Assembly: GCA_963719325.1 (NCBI GenBank)
Contig: CAVRBW010000024.1
Span: 16,968-80,967 of the forward strand
From: an uncultured Actinomycetes bacterium
GTDB lineage: Bacteria; Actinomycetota; Thermoleophilia; Gaiellales; Gaiellaceae
Length of the DNA: 64,000 nucleotides
Direction: 5' to 3'
Shown here one piece after another: positions 55,549-64,000 of this stretch. The translations under genes were made by a program, and so were the position numbers. The stretch's first letter is position 1. Every line of letters begins with the position of its first letter. The notes under the pieces were generated by a model. That model searched no databases. It saw only the letters and a program-made list of their open reading frames with translations, and had not been told where the DNA came from.

Positions 55549-56046
55549 TTGCAGGAGATGCACATCTACGGCGTCAGCTTCGACATCGTCGGCAAGCAGC
55601 CGATCGTCCTGCTGAAGACCGCCGACGGGAACAAGTTCTTGCCGATCTGGATCGGCCACCCCGAGGCGGCGGCGATCCTGATGAAGCTGCAGGGCGCCGA
55701 GACGCCGCGGCCGATGACGCACGACCTCGTCACGGCGATGCTCTCTCAGCTGGAGGCGCGGGTGACCAGGATCACGGTCACCGAGCTTCGCGACAACACG
55801 TTCTACGCGAGCATCACCATCCAGCAGGACGGCTCCGAGATCGAGATCGACTCGAGGCCCTCCGACGCGATCGCGCTGGCCGTCCGCGCCGAGGCGCCGA
55901 TCTTCGCCGACGACCGCGTGATCGAGGAGTCGGCGATCGAGTTCGAGGGCGAAGAGGTGAACGAGGAGGAGATCGTCGACGAGTTCCGCAAGTTTCTCGA
56001 CCAGGTCACGCCCGACGAGTTCGCGGTCGAGGACGGCGACGAGTAG
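55549..56046 (+). CDS. bifunctional nuclease domain protein (BFN/DUF151)
   Basis: PIVLLKTADGNKFLPIWIGHPEAAAI...RPMTHDL...YASI...SRPSDAIALAVR, followed by an acidic tail. Confidence 0.75.
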   Translation: MQEMHIYGVSFDIVGKQPIVLLKTADGNKFLPIWIGHPEAAAILMKLQGAETPRPMTHDLVTAMLSQLEARVTRITVTELRDNTFYASITIQQDGSEIEIDSRPSDAIALAVRAEAPIFADDRVIEESAIEFEGEEVNEEEIVDEFRKFLDQVTPDEFAVEDGDE

Positions 56047-56049
56047 GTA

Positions 56050-56535
56050 CTAGGGCCGGCCGAGCCACGAGAAGTAGACACGCTTCGTCGTGGCCGGGAT
56101 CTCGATCAGGCGGTACGGGGACGTCAGCCGCGCCTCGCCGGGGTTACCGAGCGACGGGGTGATCTCGCGTGCCAGGACGCGAATGTCACCGCGCCGTTCG
56201 CGGACCCGCAGGACCTCGACCCCGTACCCCGTGCTCGATCGCGGCCCGGCGGCGACGAGGACGAGCCGGTAGCGTGAGAAGTCGATGCGCGGAACCGCCG
56301 GCGGGCTTCGCGGGAAGGTTCTCGCGAGATAGTGGACGACTTGCCGCCGTTTCCAGAACGACCGGGTGACGGACTTCGGCCACAGCACGGGCCCCATTCG
56401 AGCGGTGACGTCGATCCAGGGCACGGTCTTCGAGCTGCCTGTCTCGACGACCTGCGTCCACAGTGCGCCGCCTGCGATCGCGAGCACGACTGCACCGACC
56501 GCCGCGACGCTAAGCGATCGCGGTGGAGGCCTCAT
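56050..56535 (-). CDS. hypothetical membrane-anchored protein
   Basis: 161-aa ORF with an N-terminal TM helix (LSVAAVGAVVLAIAGGALW). No family recognised. Confidence 0.45.
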   Translation of the reverse strand: MRPPPRSLSVAAVGAVVLAIAGGALWTQVVETGSSKTVPWIDVTARMGPVLWPKSVTRSFWKRRQVVHYLARTFPRSPPAVPRIDFSRYRLVLVAAGPRSSTGYGVEVLRVRERRGDIRVLAREITPSLGNPGEARLTSPYRLIEIPATTKRVYFSWLGRP

Positions 56536-56546
56536 GCGGCCTCACG

Positions 56547-57698
56547 CTAGTAGACGTAGACGGCTTCGCCGTACGGCTCCGACGGGAACAGCCGGTAGAT
56601 CACGAAGTTCGGTACCCGAACGCAGCCGTGGGAGGCTGGATACGGCGGCACGGACGGGTTCCCGTGAATCGCGTACCCGCCCACGAAATACATCGGGTCG
56701 AGCAGGACGCCGAGCGGGCTGGGGTCGAATCCGACGACCTTGCGGTAGATGGCGAATCGCCCCTCGGGCGTGTGGTACCCGGCGATCCCGGCGGTCGAGA
56801 CCGGCGAGATCAGGGCGATCGCTCCGTCTCGGACCAGGTAGAGAACCTGATGGGTCTTGTCGATCTCGATGTGGCCGCCGGGCTCCCTGTACCGTGGCTG
56901 CGGGATCCGAGGCGCCTCCAGCCTGGTCCAGAACGCCGTATCGACCGACCCGGTGCGCTCGAGGCCCTGCACCTTCTGGAAGGCGTAGACGCTCTGCACG
57001 AAGTCGTCCGAGAACGTCGAGGACAGTGACGGCACGACGTAGTGCAGCGCCGACAGCCGGCGGGCGAGCTCGGCAACTGCCGCGCTGGTCGTCCCGACTG
57101 CCAGGTTGGGCGGACGAAGCATCGTGGCCAGCTCACGGGAGAGCGGCTCGAAGCCCGGCTTCGGAAGCGTGCTCACTCGCACCTGCAGCGGGCCAACCGC
57201 CGTGGTTCCGAGCGAGACCTGCGCTCTGCCCGGAAAGCTGCGGTCGAAGCCGACCCGGCCGCTCCGGACCACCTGCACCCGCACTCGTCCGGCACTCGTC
57301 GGCTCGAGCGAGGCGACGAGGTGGAGCGGGGCGCCCGCCACCCGGCTGCCGACCAGCTGGGTCTCGAGGCGAGGCCGGATCCGGACGGTCACCTCCGGCG
57401 AGCTCGTGTGAAGCCAGGCGACGTGGAACGGGCCCGGGTTCGCAATCCGCACGGGGATGACGAAGCTCCCGTCGGCACGGACCGGCGCCGTGGCGACCAG
57501 GGTCGTTCCTCGCAACAGACGCACGCGTGCGTCCTTCGCATGCGGGCTGAGCCGACCGGCGAAATCGACCTTGTGGAGGTAGGTGGTGGCCTTCGGCGCC
57601 TTCAGGGTCAGTGCCGGGCCGGACTGCGCGGTCGACGAGGCGGGCCACGCGAGTACGACGATGATCACGGCAAACGCGCGGCGCACCGAAACAAGCAT
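56547..57698 (-). CDS. L,D-transpeptidase (YkuD domain) with peptidoglycan-binding-like domain
   Basis: Signal peptide. PG-binding-like segment VAELARRLSALHYV...VYAFQKVQGLERTG. Catalytic motif IHGNPSVPPYPASHGCVRV. Confidence 0.8.
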   Translation of the reverse strand: MLVSVRRAFAVIIVVLAWPASSTAQSGPALTLKAPKATTYLHKVDFAGRLSPHAKDARVRLLRGTTLVATAPVRADGSFVIPVRIANPGPFHVAWLHTSSPEVTVRIRPRLETQLVGSRVAGAPLHLVASLEPTSAGRVRVQVVRSGRVGFDRSFPGRAQVSLGTTAVGPLQVRVSTLPKPGFEPLSRELATMLRPPNLAVGTTSAAVAELARRLSALHYVVPSLSSTFSDDFVQSVYAFQKVQGLERTGSVDTAFWTRLEAPRIPQPRYREPGGHIEIDKTHQVLYLVRDGAIALISPVSTAGIAGYHTPEGRFAIYRKVVGFDPSPLGVLLDPMYFVGGYAIHGNPSVPPYPASHGCVRVPNFVIYRLFPSEPYGEAVYVY

Positions 57699-57707
57699 AG
57701 ACAGCGC

Positions 57708-58364
57708 TTATGTCGTCACAGACACGATCAGGGCGATCGCGTTGAACGCGGCGTGGATCGCAATTCCCGGGTAGACGCTGTCGGTACGAGAGCGAACGTA
57801 CGCGAGGCCGGCCCCGAACACGATCAGGATCGGCAAGCCCTCGAGGAGGCCGTGTGCGAGCCCGAACGCGACCCCGATCCAGAGAATCGCCGTCAGCCGG
57901 CCGAGAGGTTGCAACAACGAGTAGCCGAGTCCTCGGAACATCAGCTCCTCGACCACGGGCGCGACGGCGGCGAAGACGACGAAGTTGACGGCGAACGGCG
58001 TCGCCCGGTGCGGGTCCCAATCCGTCGGAGTCAGACCTTGCTCGCGACCAGGGTCGCTGTACGCGGACACGATCGCGCTGGTCAGATAGACGGCGGCGAA
58101 CGCGGCGAGCGCCGTCGAGAGCACGCGCCGATACGACGAAGGTGCGCGCAGCGCGAGGAGCTCGACGTGCGGCCGAGCGATCGCGAGCACCACCGCGAGG
58201 ATGATCGCGTACTGGATCAAGCCCGAGACGGCGGTCGAGTACTGGTACGCGGCGTCCTTTGGGGGCTTGCCCCCTGCCGCCCGGGACGCATAACCGAGAA
58301 GCGTGAGCAGCGAGACGAGCGCGATCCAGGCGGTCAGACGCCCCCGGTCGAGGCGTGCCGTCAC
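57708..58364 (-). CDS. CPBP-family intramembrane glutamic endopeptidase (CAAX protease/Abi)
   Basis: Motifs EELMFRG, FGLAH and HAAFN within a polytopic membrane protein. GTG overlaps the upstream HAD stop (GTGA). Confidence 0.75.
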   Translation of the reverse strand: MTARLDRGRLTAWIALVSLLTLLGYASRAAGGKPPKDAAYQYSTAVSGLIQYAIILAVVLAIARPHVELLALRAPSSYRRVLSTALAAFAAVYLTSAIVSAYSDPGREQGLTPTDWDPHRATPFAVNFVVFAAVAPVVEELMFRGLGYSLLQPLGRLTAILWIGVAFGLAHGLLEGLPILIVFGAGLAYVRSRTDSVYPGIAIHAAFNAIALIVSVTT

Positions 58365-58993
58365 GTCCACCCCCGGAACGCGGCCGCGAGCGGCGCCGGG
58401 GCAAAGTGCATCCCGGCGGCGCGCGCGCCTTCCTCGTCCTCCGGTTCGTCGCCGACGTGCAGCGCTCGTCTCGGGTCGACCCCCAGCCGCTCGAGCGCCA
58501 GCCGAAACACCGCCGGATCGGGCTTTGGTGCGCCTGCCTCGGCGGTGGTCACGATCGCCCTGAAGAGCGATGCGGCTCCGATCCGCTCGAGCAGCTCGGC
58601 CAGGCCGATGTCCCAGTTCGAGACGACCGCGACCTCGAGCCCGCGGCTGCGTAGCGCGGCTGCGGTCTCGAGTGCTCCGGGCATCGGCTCCAGCACGATG
58701 GAGGCCATGAACGCCTCGACGAACGATTCGGCGGCCAGATCGGCATCCGCGGCTTCGAGAAAGACGCGGGCACACTCGAGCCGGAGCGCCGCCAGTGTCT
58801 CCGGGTCGCGGCCGCTGGCTGCCCTCGGCCGGTAGTAGGCAACCTCTGCTGCGAATGCCTCCCGGACGTCGTCCAGGCTCCGCTCGAGCCCGCGCTCTCG
58901 CAGAGCTTGCGCGAGCGGTGGTACCGGATCGAGCAACCGGACGAGCGTGCCGAAACCGTCGACCGTGACGGCGTCGAGCTCAGCGAAACGCAT
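58361..58993 (-). CDS. HAD-superfamily hydrolase (subfamily IA-like)
   Basis: Motif I VTVDGFGTL, VVSNWD, KPDP and VGDEPEDEEGA. Confidence 0.65.
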   Translation of the reverse strand: MRFAELDAVTVDGFGTLVRLLDPVPPLAQALRERGLERSLDDVREAFAAEVAYYRPRAASGRDPETLAALRLECARVFLEAADADLAAESFVEAFMASIVLEPMPGALETAAALRSRGLEVAVVSNWDIGLAELLERIGAASLFRAIVTTAEAGAPKPDPAVFRLALERLGVDPRRALHVGDEPEDEEGARAAGMHFAPAPLAAAFRGWT

Positions 58994-59831
58994 TCGGATG
59001 GAGCAGATGGGCGAGCTGGACGAGTCCCTGTCCGATCTGTGGCCCGGCCTGAAGGAGGTTCACGTCCACGGTGCCGAAGCGTTTCTGTCGAACGGCCTTC
59101 AGCTTTCGCAGCTTCGGGTTACGACGCAGATCGGCAAGCGTGAGCATCGAGTCCGATGTCGCCAGGTAGACGTCCGGGTCGAGCTCGAGCAGGTCGGCGG
59201 GCTCGATCGGCCCTGCCGATGCCGATTCTCCCCCGACGTTCTGTCCGTGCGCCTCACGGATCATGTCGCCGATGAGCGATTGATCGGAGACGGTGGTGAA
59301 GAACCCGGTGTCGACGAAGACCTTGACGTGAGGGACGCCGACGAGCCGCGCGGCCACCGCCCGGCGCTGCGTCTCGATCTTCCGCACGAGTGCCCGTGCC
59401 GTCACGGGCCGGTCCGTCAGCAGGCCGAGCTCTGTGATCGCACGCTCGACTTGGCGGATCGAGTCACCCTGGACGGTGTAGACGCCGGCGTGAGTGAGGG
59501 ACACCGCACGCGAGAGGTTGCGCTCGTCGGTGTCCTCGGCCGCGACGATCAGGTCGGGCTTTGCCCGGCGCAGCGCGGCGAAGTCGATCTCGCCGGAGGG
59601 CGGAGGTCCGACGATGCGTGTCCCCGCTCCCAGTGCCCGCACCAGTGACTCGGCAGACATGTCGAGGACGGCGATCCGCTCGGCCGGCCCCGTGGCGACG
59701 AGCGGGCGCTCGGCCGATTGCACGGTCACGGGATAGAGGCGAGCCGACGTTCCGGTCGGCTCGGCCCGCTCTCCGCAAGCAGTCGTCGCGAGCAGGACGA
59801 CCGCCGTCAGCGCCAGCGCTACGCGACCCAT
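58980..59831 (-). CDS. lipoprotein; ABC-type periplasmic substrate-binding protein (Fe3+-siderophore/cobalamin class)
   Basis: Lipobox LLATTAC. The pattern RIAVLD...PDLIVA...(linker helix)...PDVYLA is typical of class III binding proteins. No cognate permease or ATPase is adjacent. Confidence 0.6.
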   Translation of the reverse strand: MGRVALALTAVVLLATTACGERAEPTGTSARLYPVTVQSAERPLVATGPAERIAVLDMSAESLVRALGAGTRIVGPPPSGEIDFAALRRAKPDLIVAAEDTDERNLSRAVSLTHAGVYTVQGDSIRQVERAITELGLLTDRPVTARALVRKIETQRRAVAARLVGVPHVKVFVDTGFFTTVSDQSLIGDMIREAHGQNVGGESASAGPIEPADLLELDPDVYLATSDSMLTLADLRRNPKLRKLKAVRQKRFGTVDVNLLQAGPQIGQGLVQLAHLLHPNAFR

Positions 59832-61132
59832 TGCCAGAGCGCCCACTGAGTCACAGCGACTCCGAGCATGATCGAGCTGATCACGAGAATCGCCGTGTGC
59901 GTGCGGGGGCGACCGCCGAGGGCAGCGAGTGCAAGGAAGCATGGAAACAGGACGAGCCCGAACCGCGGCAGCGAGAGCAGCGGCCACCGCGCGCTCGGCG
60001 CGCTCAACGGTATCGCCAGGCTGATCGCACAGAACAAGCCGTACGGCGCGCCGAAGCGCCGCCAGGCGATGACGGTCAAGCAGGCGAGGAGAACGAGAAA
60101 GACGAGCGCCTCGAGGTTGACCGCTGCGGCTCGCATCGGGTCCGTGTCTTGGACCGGCGTCCAGTACGCGTGGGTATGCGAGCCGGAGACGAGCTGCTCG
60201 ACGCCGGCCCAGCCGGAGCGCAGGCCGTCCCAGAGACCTCCGAACGGGCCGGCTGAAGAGAGATGCCGGTTCCAGAAGCCCTGCGCCCTGGTGAACGCGA
60301 ATGCGTCACCGCGATCGACCTGGAGGTAGAGCGGGTAGGCGGAAAAGATGATCGGCGCCACTCCGAGACCGAGCAGAGCCCGCCCGCGTTCGGGGCGTCG
60401 CCAGGCCATCAGGGCGAGCGCGGGCAGCAGAGCGACGCCCGAGATGCGGGTCAGCACGGCCAGGCCGGACGCCGTCCCCGCGCCGAGCCAGCGCTGGCGT
60501 TCTGCGAGGAGAAAGGCAGCAAGCGCGAGCGCCAGGAACAGCGACTCGCTGTAGACGGCCTGGAGGAAGAGGCTCATCGGAAAGACCGCAAGGTAGAGGA
60601 CGGCGCGTCTCGCACCCTCGGCTCCCAGCCGATCTTCGGCAAGGCGATGCAGCAGCACGAACGAGACCAGCGTGGCGCCGAGCGACACGAGGATCCCCGC
60701 GAGCACGTAGTGCCCGCCGAGGGCCCTCCCGATCCCGGCGAGTGTCAACGGGTACAGCGGGTAGAAGGCCGAGGCGGCGCCGGATGCGGCGCCGTATCCG
60801 TGCTCGGCAATGCGGAGGAACCAGACGCTGTCCCAACGGGCCCAGACGTCGGTGACCCAACCCAGATCCCGGGTCAAGGAAGGATCGTCCCAGCGCGCCG
60901 CGCGGGGATGCTGGTTCGGCTCGAAGACGAGCCACGCGAACAGCGCGGCAGCCCAGATCGCGGCCCGGCTCCAGGCGAAGACGGCAAACGCCGGGCCCCG
61001 TGTTGACGGGACCCGTAGCTCCGCGAGACGTGCGCGCCCCCGGGGTCGCCCCGGTTGTCCGGCCGGGCGTCGCCGACTTTGCCGGCGGCGCTTCCAGGCT
61101 CGCGGTTCCAGAACCCGTTGACCGGCGCTCAC
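59819..61132 (-). CDS. polytopic GT-C-type glycosyltransferase (PIG-V/mannosyltransferase-like)
   Basis: About 10 TM helices. First loop contains WARWDSVWFLRIAEHGY, resembling the Mannosyl_trans2 signature. Start uncertain; GTG 61132 chosen. Confidence 0.5.
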   Translation of the reverse strand: MSAGQRVLEPRAWKRRRQSRRRPAGQPGRPRGRARLAELRVPSTRGPAFAVFAWSRAAIWAAALFAWLVFEPNQHPRAARWDDPSLTRDLGWVTDVWARWDSVWFLRIAEHGYGAASGAASAFYPLYPLTLAGIGRALGGHYVLAGILVSLGATLVSFVLLHRLAEDRLGAEGARRAVLYLAVFPMSLFLQAVYSESLFLALALAAFLLAERQRWLGAGTASGLAVLTRISGVALLPALALMAWRRPERGRALLGLGVAPIIFSAYPLYLQVDRGDAFAFTRAQGFWNRHLSSAGPFGGLWDGLRSGWAGVEQLVSGSHTHAYWTPVQDTDPMRAAAVNLEALVFLVLLACLTVIAWRRFGAPYGLFCAISLAIPLSAPSARWPLLSLPRFGLVLFPCFLALAALGGRPRTHTAILVISSIMLGVAVTQWALWQWVA

Positions 61133-61156
61133 GAGGCCCCGATCATACTTTCGACG

Positions 61157-61552
61157 GTGCAACGCCGATTCTCTCCCGACGAGGCCAACGACGCCCTTCC
61201 CCGGGTGCGATCTCTGGTCGAGGAGATGGTTGCGGCAAAGCGGTTGCTCGACGAGGCGCAAGAGCGCGGGGACGAGGCTTCACGAAGCATCAGCGGAAAC
61301 GGGGGCGGCATTCAACCCCATGAGCTCGGCGCGCTGCACGACGACGTGGAGCGCCGCGCCGGAGAGCTCGCCGCGATCGTGGCGCAGATCGAGGAGCTCG
61401 GGGTGCTCGTGAAGGACCTCGACAACGGGCTCGTCGACTTCCCCTCCCTGCGAGACGGCGAGGAGGTTCTCCTGTGCTGGCAGCTCGGTGAAGAGAGCGT
61501 GAGCTTCTGGCACGGCCCCTCCGACGGCTTCGCCGGACGGCAGCCGCTCTGA
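61157..61552 (+). CDS. DUF2203 domain protein
   Basis: FSPDEANDALPRV...GVLVKDLDNGLVDFPSLRDGEEVLLCWQLGEESVSFWHG...GFAGRQPL matches the DUF2203 pattern. GTG 61157 chosen. Confidence 0.55.
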   Translation: MQRRFSPDEANDALPRVRSLVEEMVAAKRLLDEAQERGDEASRSISGNGGGIQPHELGALHDDVERRAGELAAIVAQIEELGVLVKDLDNGLVDFPSLRDGEEVLLCWQLGEESVSFWHGPSDGFAGRQPL

Positions 61553-61594
61553 GAGCTCTGAGGATTACGACCCGTGCAGGTCGAATAGGAACAG

Positions 61595-62326
61595 TTGGAT
61601 ATGCACCACTGGGAGCGATTTGCGGTTCTGGGCGGCGTCGTGCTCGGCAGCTTCCTGCTTGCCCAGCTGCTCGACATGCGCATCCGCCACCGGCATCTGC
61701 CGGCCGGCGCCGAGACGCGGTACCGGGTCCTGCGCCGGAGCATGATGAGCGCGATCGTCTTCATCGCCCTGCTCTCCGGCCTGTTGGTGATCCCGCAGGT
61801 GCGGGCCGTTGCCGGGGCGTTGCTGGCGTCGGGCGCCGTCATCGTGCTGACGTTCGGCTTCGCCGCGCAGAGGACGATGGCAAACTTTGCCGCAGGTCTA
61901 CTGATCGCGTTCACTCAGCCGTTGCGGCTCGGCGACCGGATCGTGGTCGAGGACGTCGAAGGCGTCGTCGAGGAGATTCGGTTGACGTTCACCTTCGTCC
62001 ACGCCGACGACGACACGAGGTTCGTGATCCCGAACGAGAAACTGGTGTCCGGCATCATCCGAAACTCGACGATCCTCACGAGAGCGCAGCGCGCCGAGAT
62101 CACGGTGCAGGTTCCGCTGGACTCCGACCTCGAGAACGTCGTCGAGCTTCTGCGCGGCGAGTGCACGGACGAGGGTGAGCCCGAGGTCTTCGTCAGCAGC
62201 TTCGCGGAACGCGCGACCGTGACGATGCGGATGCGCGCGGAGGATCCGGCCGACGCCGACCGGATTCGACGTGAGCTCCGTCTGCGGGCACACCGGCGCC
62301 TCCGAGCGGCCGGAGTCTTCGAGTGA
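61595..62326 (+). CDS. small-conductance mechanosensitive channel (MscS family)
   Basis: Three TM helices, then FGFAAQRTMANFAAGLLIAFTQPLRLGDRIVV.DVEGVVEEI (pore-lining helix plus beta domain). Confidence 0.8.
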   Translation: MDMHHWERFAVLGGVVLGSFLLAQLLDMRIRHRHLPAGAETRYRVLRRSMMSAIVFIALLSGLLVIPQVRAVAGALLASGAVIVLTFGFAAQRTMANFAAGLLIAFTQPLRLGDRIVVEDVEGVVEEIRLTFTFVHADDDTRFVIPNEKLVSGIIRNSTILTRAQRAEITVQVPLDSDLENVVELLRGECTDEGEPEVFVSSFAERATVTMRMRAEDPADADRIRRELRLRAHRRLRAAGVFE

Positions 62327-64000
62327 CGAAGACCCGGGGGCGCGGTCCCGACGACCTGCCGAACGGGGGGAGGCGGCGCCGGCTGAGGGCGCGGGGCCGC
62401 CGTCACGGCCGCCGCAACGCGGTTACGGTCGTGCTCGTCGTCATCTTCGGGATCCCGGTTGCGTTGATCCTCGCCGGCCTGGGCGCGACGGCTGCATTCA
62501 AGTCGAGCTGCTCGCTGTCCGCGCTTCAGCCCGTGTCGATCGGTCAGAACTCGTTCGCCTATGCCGCCGACGGAACGCTGCTCGGGTCGATCCCGGCCGA
62601 GCGAAACCGTCAACCCGTACCGCTCTCCCAGATCAACCCCTGGATGGCGAGAGCAGCGATCGCGGTCGAGGATCGGCGGTTCTACGAGCACGGCGGCGTG
62701 GACTACGAAGGCATCTTTCGGGCGGCGTGGCGCGACCTGACGGCGGGCCGCGTCGTCGAGGGTGGATCGACGATCACACAGCAGCTCGTCCGCAACCTCT
62801 ACATCTCGCGGGAGCGCACCTTCGAGCGGAAGATCAAAGAGGCGTGCCTGGCGATCAAGCTCAGCAGAGCCTGGTCGAAGGACAGAATCCTCGCCGCCTG
62901 GATGAACCAGGTGTACTTCGGCAACCATGCCTACGGAGTCGAAGCGGCAGCGCAGACGTACTTCTCCAAGCCTGCCGAGGACCTGAATCTCATGGAGGCG
63001 GCACTGCTCGCCGGCCTCCCTCAGGCCCCTTCGCTCTACGACCCGATCGCTCATCCCGACGCCGCGTTCGCACGGCGCACGGAGGTTCTGAAGGCGCTCT
63101 ACGACAACGGCGACATCTCCTTCTATCGCTACCGCGCGGCACTGGGCGATCGGAGTCTTCACCTCAAGCCAGGCAAGCTCTACACGCGGATCCGGGAACC
63201 GTACTTCTTCGGCTACGTCCGTGACCAGCTGATTGCCAAGTACGGTGTGGCAACGGTCCAGTCGGGCGGCCTGCGCGTCTATACGACGATCGACCCGGCC
63301 TTCCAGCGTGCTGCGAGCGACGCGATCAGACAGACGCTCTACCTGAAGGACGATCCGGCCGCGGCGCTCGTTTCGATCAACCCGGCGAACGGGGCGATCC
63401 GGGCGATGACCGCGGTCTATCCGGGCCGGGCGCAGAACCAGTTCAACCTCGTCGCCCAGGCCCGGCGCCAGGCGGGCTCGACGTTCAAGGCGTTCGTGCT
63501 CACCGAAGCGGTTCGCCAGGGAATCAACCCGGCGTCGGCGACGTACTACTCGGCTCCGTTCCGCTACCAACCCGACCCGGGCATCAAGCCGTGGGAGGTC
63601 TCCACCTACAGCCATACCTACTCTGGGTTGATCTCGGTCCAGCAGGCGACGCTTCAGTCGGACAACACCGTCTATGCGCAGCTCACCCTCGACGTCGGCC
63701 CCGAGAACGTCGCCAACATGGCGCACCGGCTCGGCGTCAAGAGTCCGCTCGAGCCCGTCCCGTCGATCGGCCTCGGCTCGAACGCGGTTTCACCGCTCGA
63801 CATGGCCTCTGCCTACGCGACCCTGGCGGCCGGCGGCGTCTACTCGCAGCCCATGGCGATTCGCAAGGTGATCCTCGCCGGCGGGAAGGAGGACGACAAA
63901 GCCGGGTGGGGCCACGCGGCCCGGAAGCGCGTCATCCCCGACGGTGTCGCCTACACCGTGACGAAGATCCTGGAGCAGAACGTGCTCTACGGCACCGGCA
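62323..64000 (+). CDS. class A penicillin-binding protein (GT51 transglycosylase + transpeptidase), 3' end outside the window
   Basis: Not in the ORF track because there is no stop in the window. My translation from GTG 62323 (overlapping the mscS TGA) gives EDRRFYEHGGVD, GGSTITQQLVRN and RKIKE. Further on it gives SDNTVYAQL and LGSNAVSPLDMASAYATLAAGG. The frame stays open to 64000. Confidence 0.85.
   Translation, partial: MTKTRGRGPDDLPNGGRRRRLRARGRRHGRRNAVTVVLVVIFGIPVALILAGLGATAAFKSSCSLSALQPVSIGQNSFAYAADGTLLGSIPAERNRQPVPLSQINPWMARAAIAVEDRRFYEHGGVDYEGIFRAAWRDLTAGRVVEGGSTITQQLVRNLYISRERTFERKIKEACLAIKLSRAWSKDRILAAWMNQVYFGNHAYGVEAAAQTYFSKPAEDLNLMEAALLAGLPQAPSLYDPIAHPDAAFARRTEVLKALYDNGDISFYRYRAALGDRSLHLKPGKLYTRIREPYFFGYVRDQLIAKYGVATVQSGGLRVYTTIDPAFQRAASDAIRQTLYLKDDPAAALVSINPANGAIRAMTAVYPGRAQNQFNLVAQARRQAGSTFKAFVLTEAVRQGINPASATYYSAPFRYQPDPGIKPWEVSTYSHTYSGLISVQQATLQSDNTVYAQLTLDVGPENVANMAHRLGVKSPLEPVPSIGLGSNAVSPLDMASAYATLAAGGVYSQPMAIRKVILAGGKEDDKAGWGHAARKRVIPDGVAYTVTKILEQNVLYGTG

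Noticed and set aside
62271-63224. 317-aa plus-strand ORF after mscS
   Set aside because: It is an off-frame reading of the class A PBP gene. The frame starting at GTG 62323 gives canonical GT51 and transpeptidase motifs and stays open to the window end.

Overview
High-GC (about 70% by eye, not computed) actinobacterial-type chromosome segment centred on the replication origin. On the minus strand it carries dnaA-dnaN-recF-DUF721(DciA-like)-gyrB-gyrA. Diverging from it on the plus strand is rpmH-rnpA-yidD-yidC-jag-rsmG-parA-parB-tRNA-Ile. Left of the origin there is a long minus-strand lipid supercluster: ECF sigma-fabZ-fabH-fabD-fabG-fabF-HAD-GNAT-accD-accA. The left half also holds a frameshifted PE-Lig-Pol ligD, a Nif3 gene, and a GAF/HD-GYP/GAF/GAF/GGDEF c-di-GMP protein. 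Further left are ndh, a truncated KdpD/KdpE pair next to a KimA-like K+ transporter, a DUF1998 helicase, thiD/thiL, trxA, PolX and assorted housekeeping genes. Right of the origin are cell-envelope genes: an L,D-transpeptidase, a CPBP protease, a GT-C glycosyltransferase, MscS, and a class A PBP that runs off the window end. No rRNA, CRISPR array, transposase, integrase or prophage was seen. The most interesting signals are: (1) a dispersed family of 90-155 nt elements ending in a GGGGGAA(A)C...G(T)TTCCCCC palindrome. Five copies are present. Two supply the start region of unrelated genes, one rewrites the parB C-terminus, and two bracket tRNA-Ile. (2) A KdpDE-type system with no kdpFABC, wired instead to a KimA-like transporter, with shared T[TC]AAGA-N5-T[TC]AAGA candidate operator sites. 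(3) Multiple frame disruptions confined to the DNA-repair genes ligD and recF. (4) An ECF sigma factor translationally coupled to a fab operon that lacks acpP. Many long off-frame and antisense ORFs in the track are high-GC artefacts. CDS coordinates follow the ORF track, with starts re-chosen by me. Hand-derived coordinates for non-coding features may be off by 1-2 nt.
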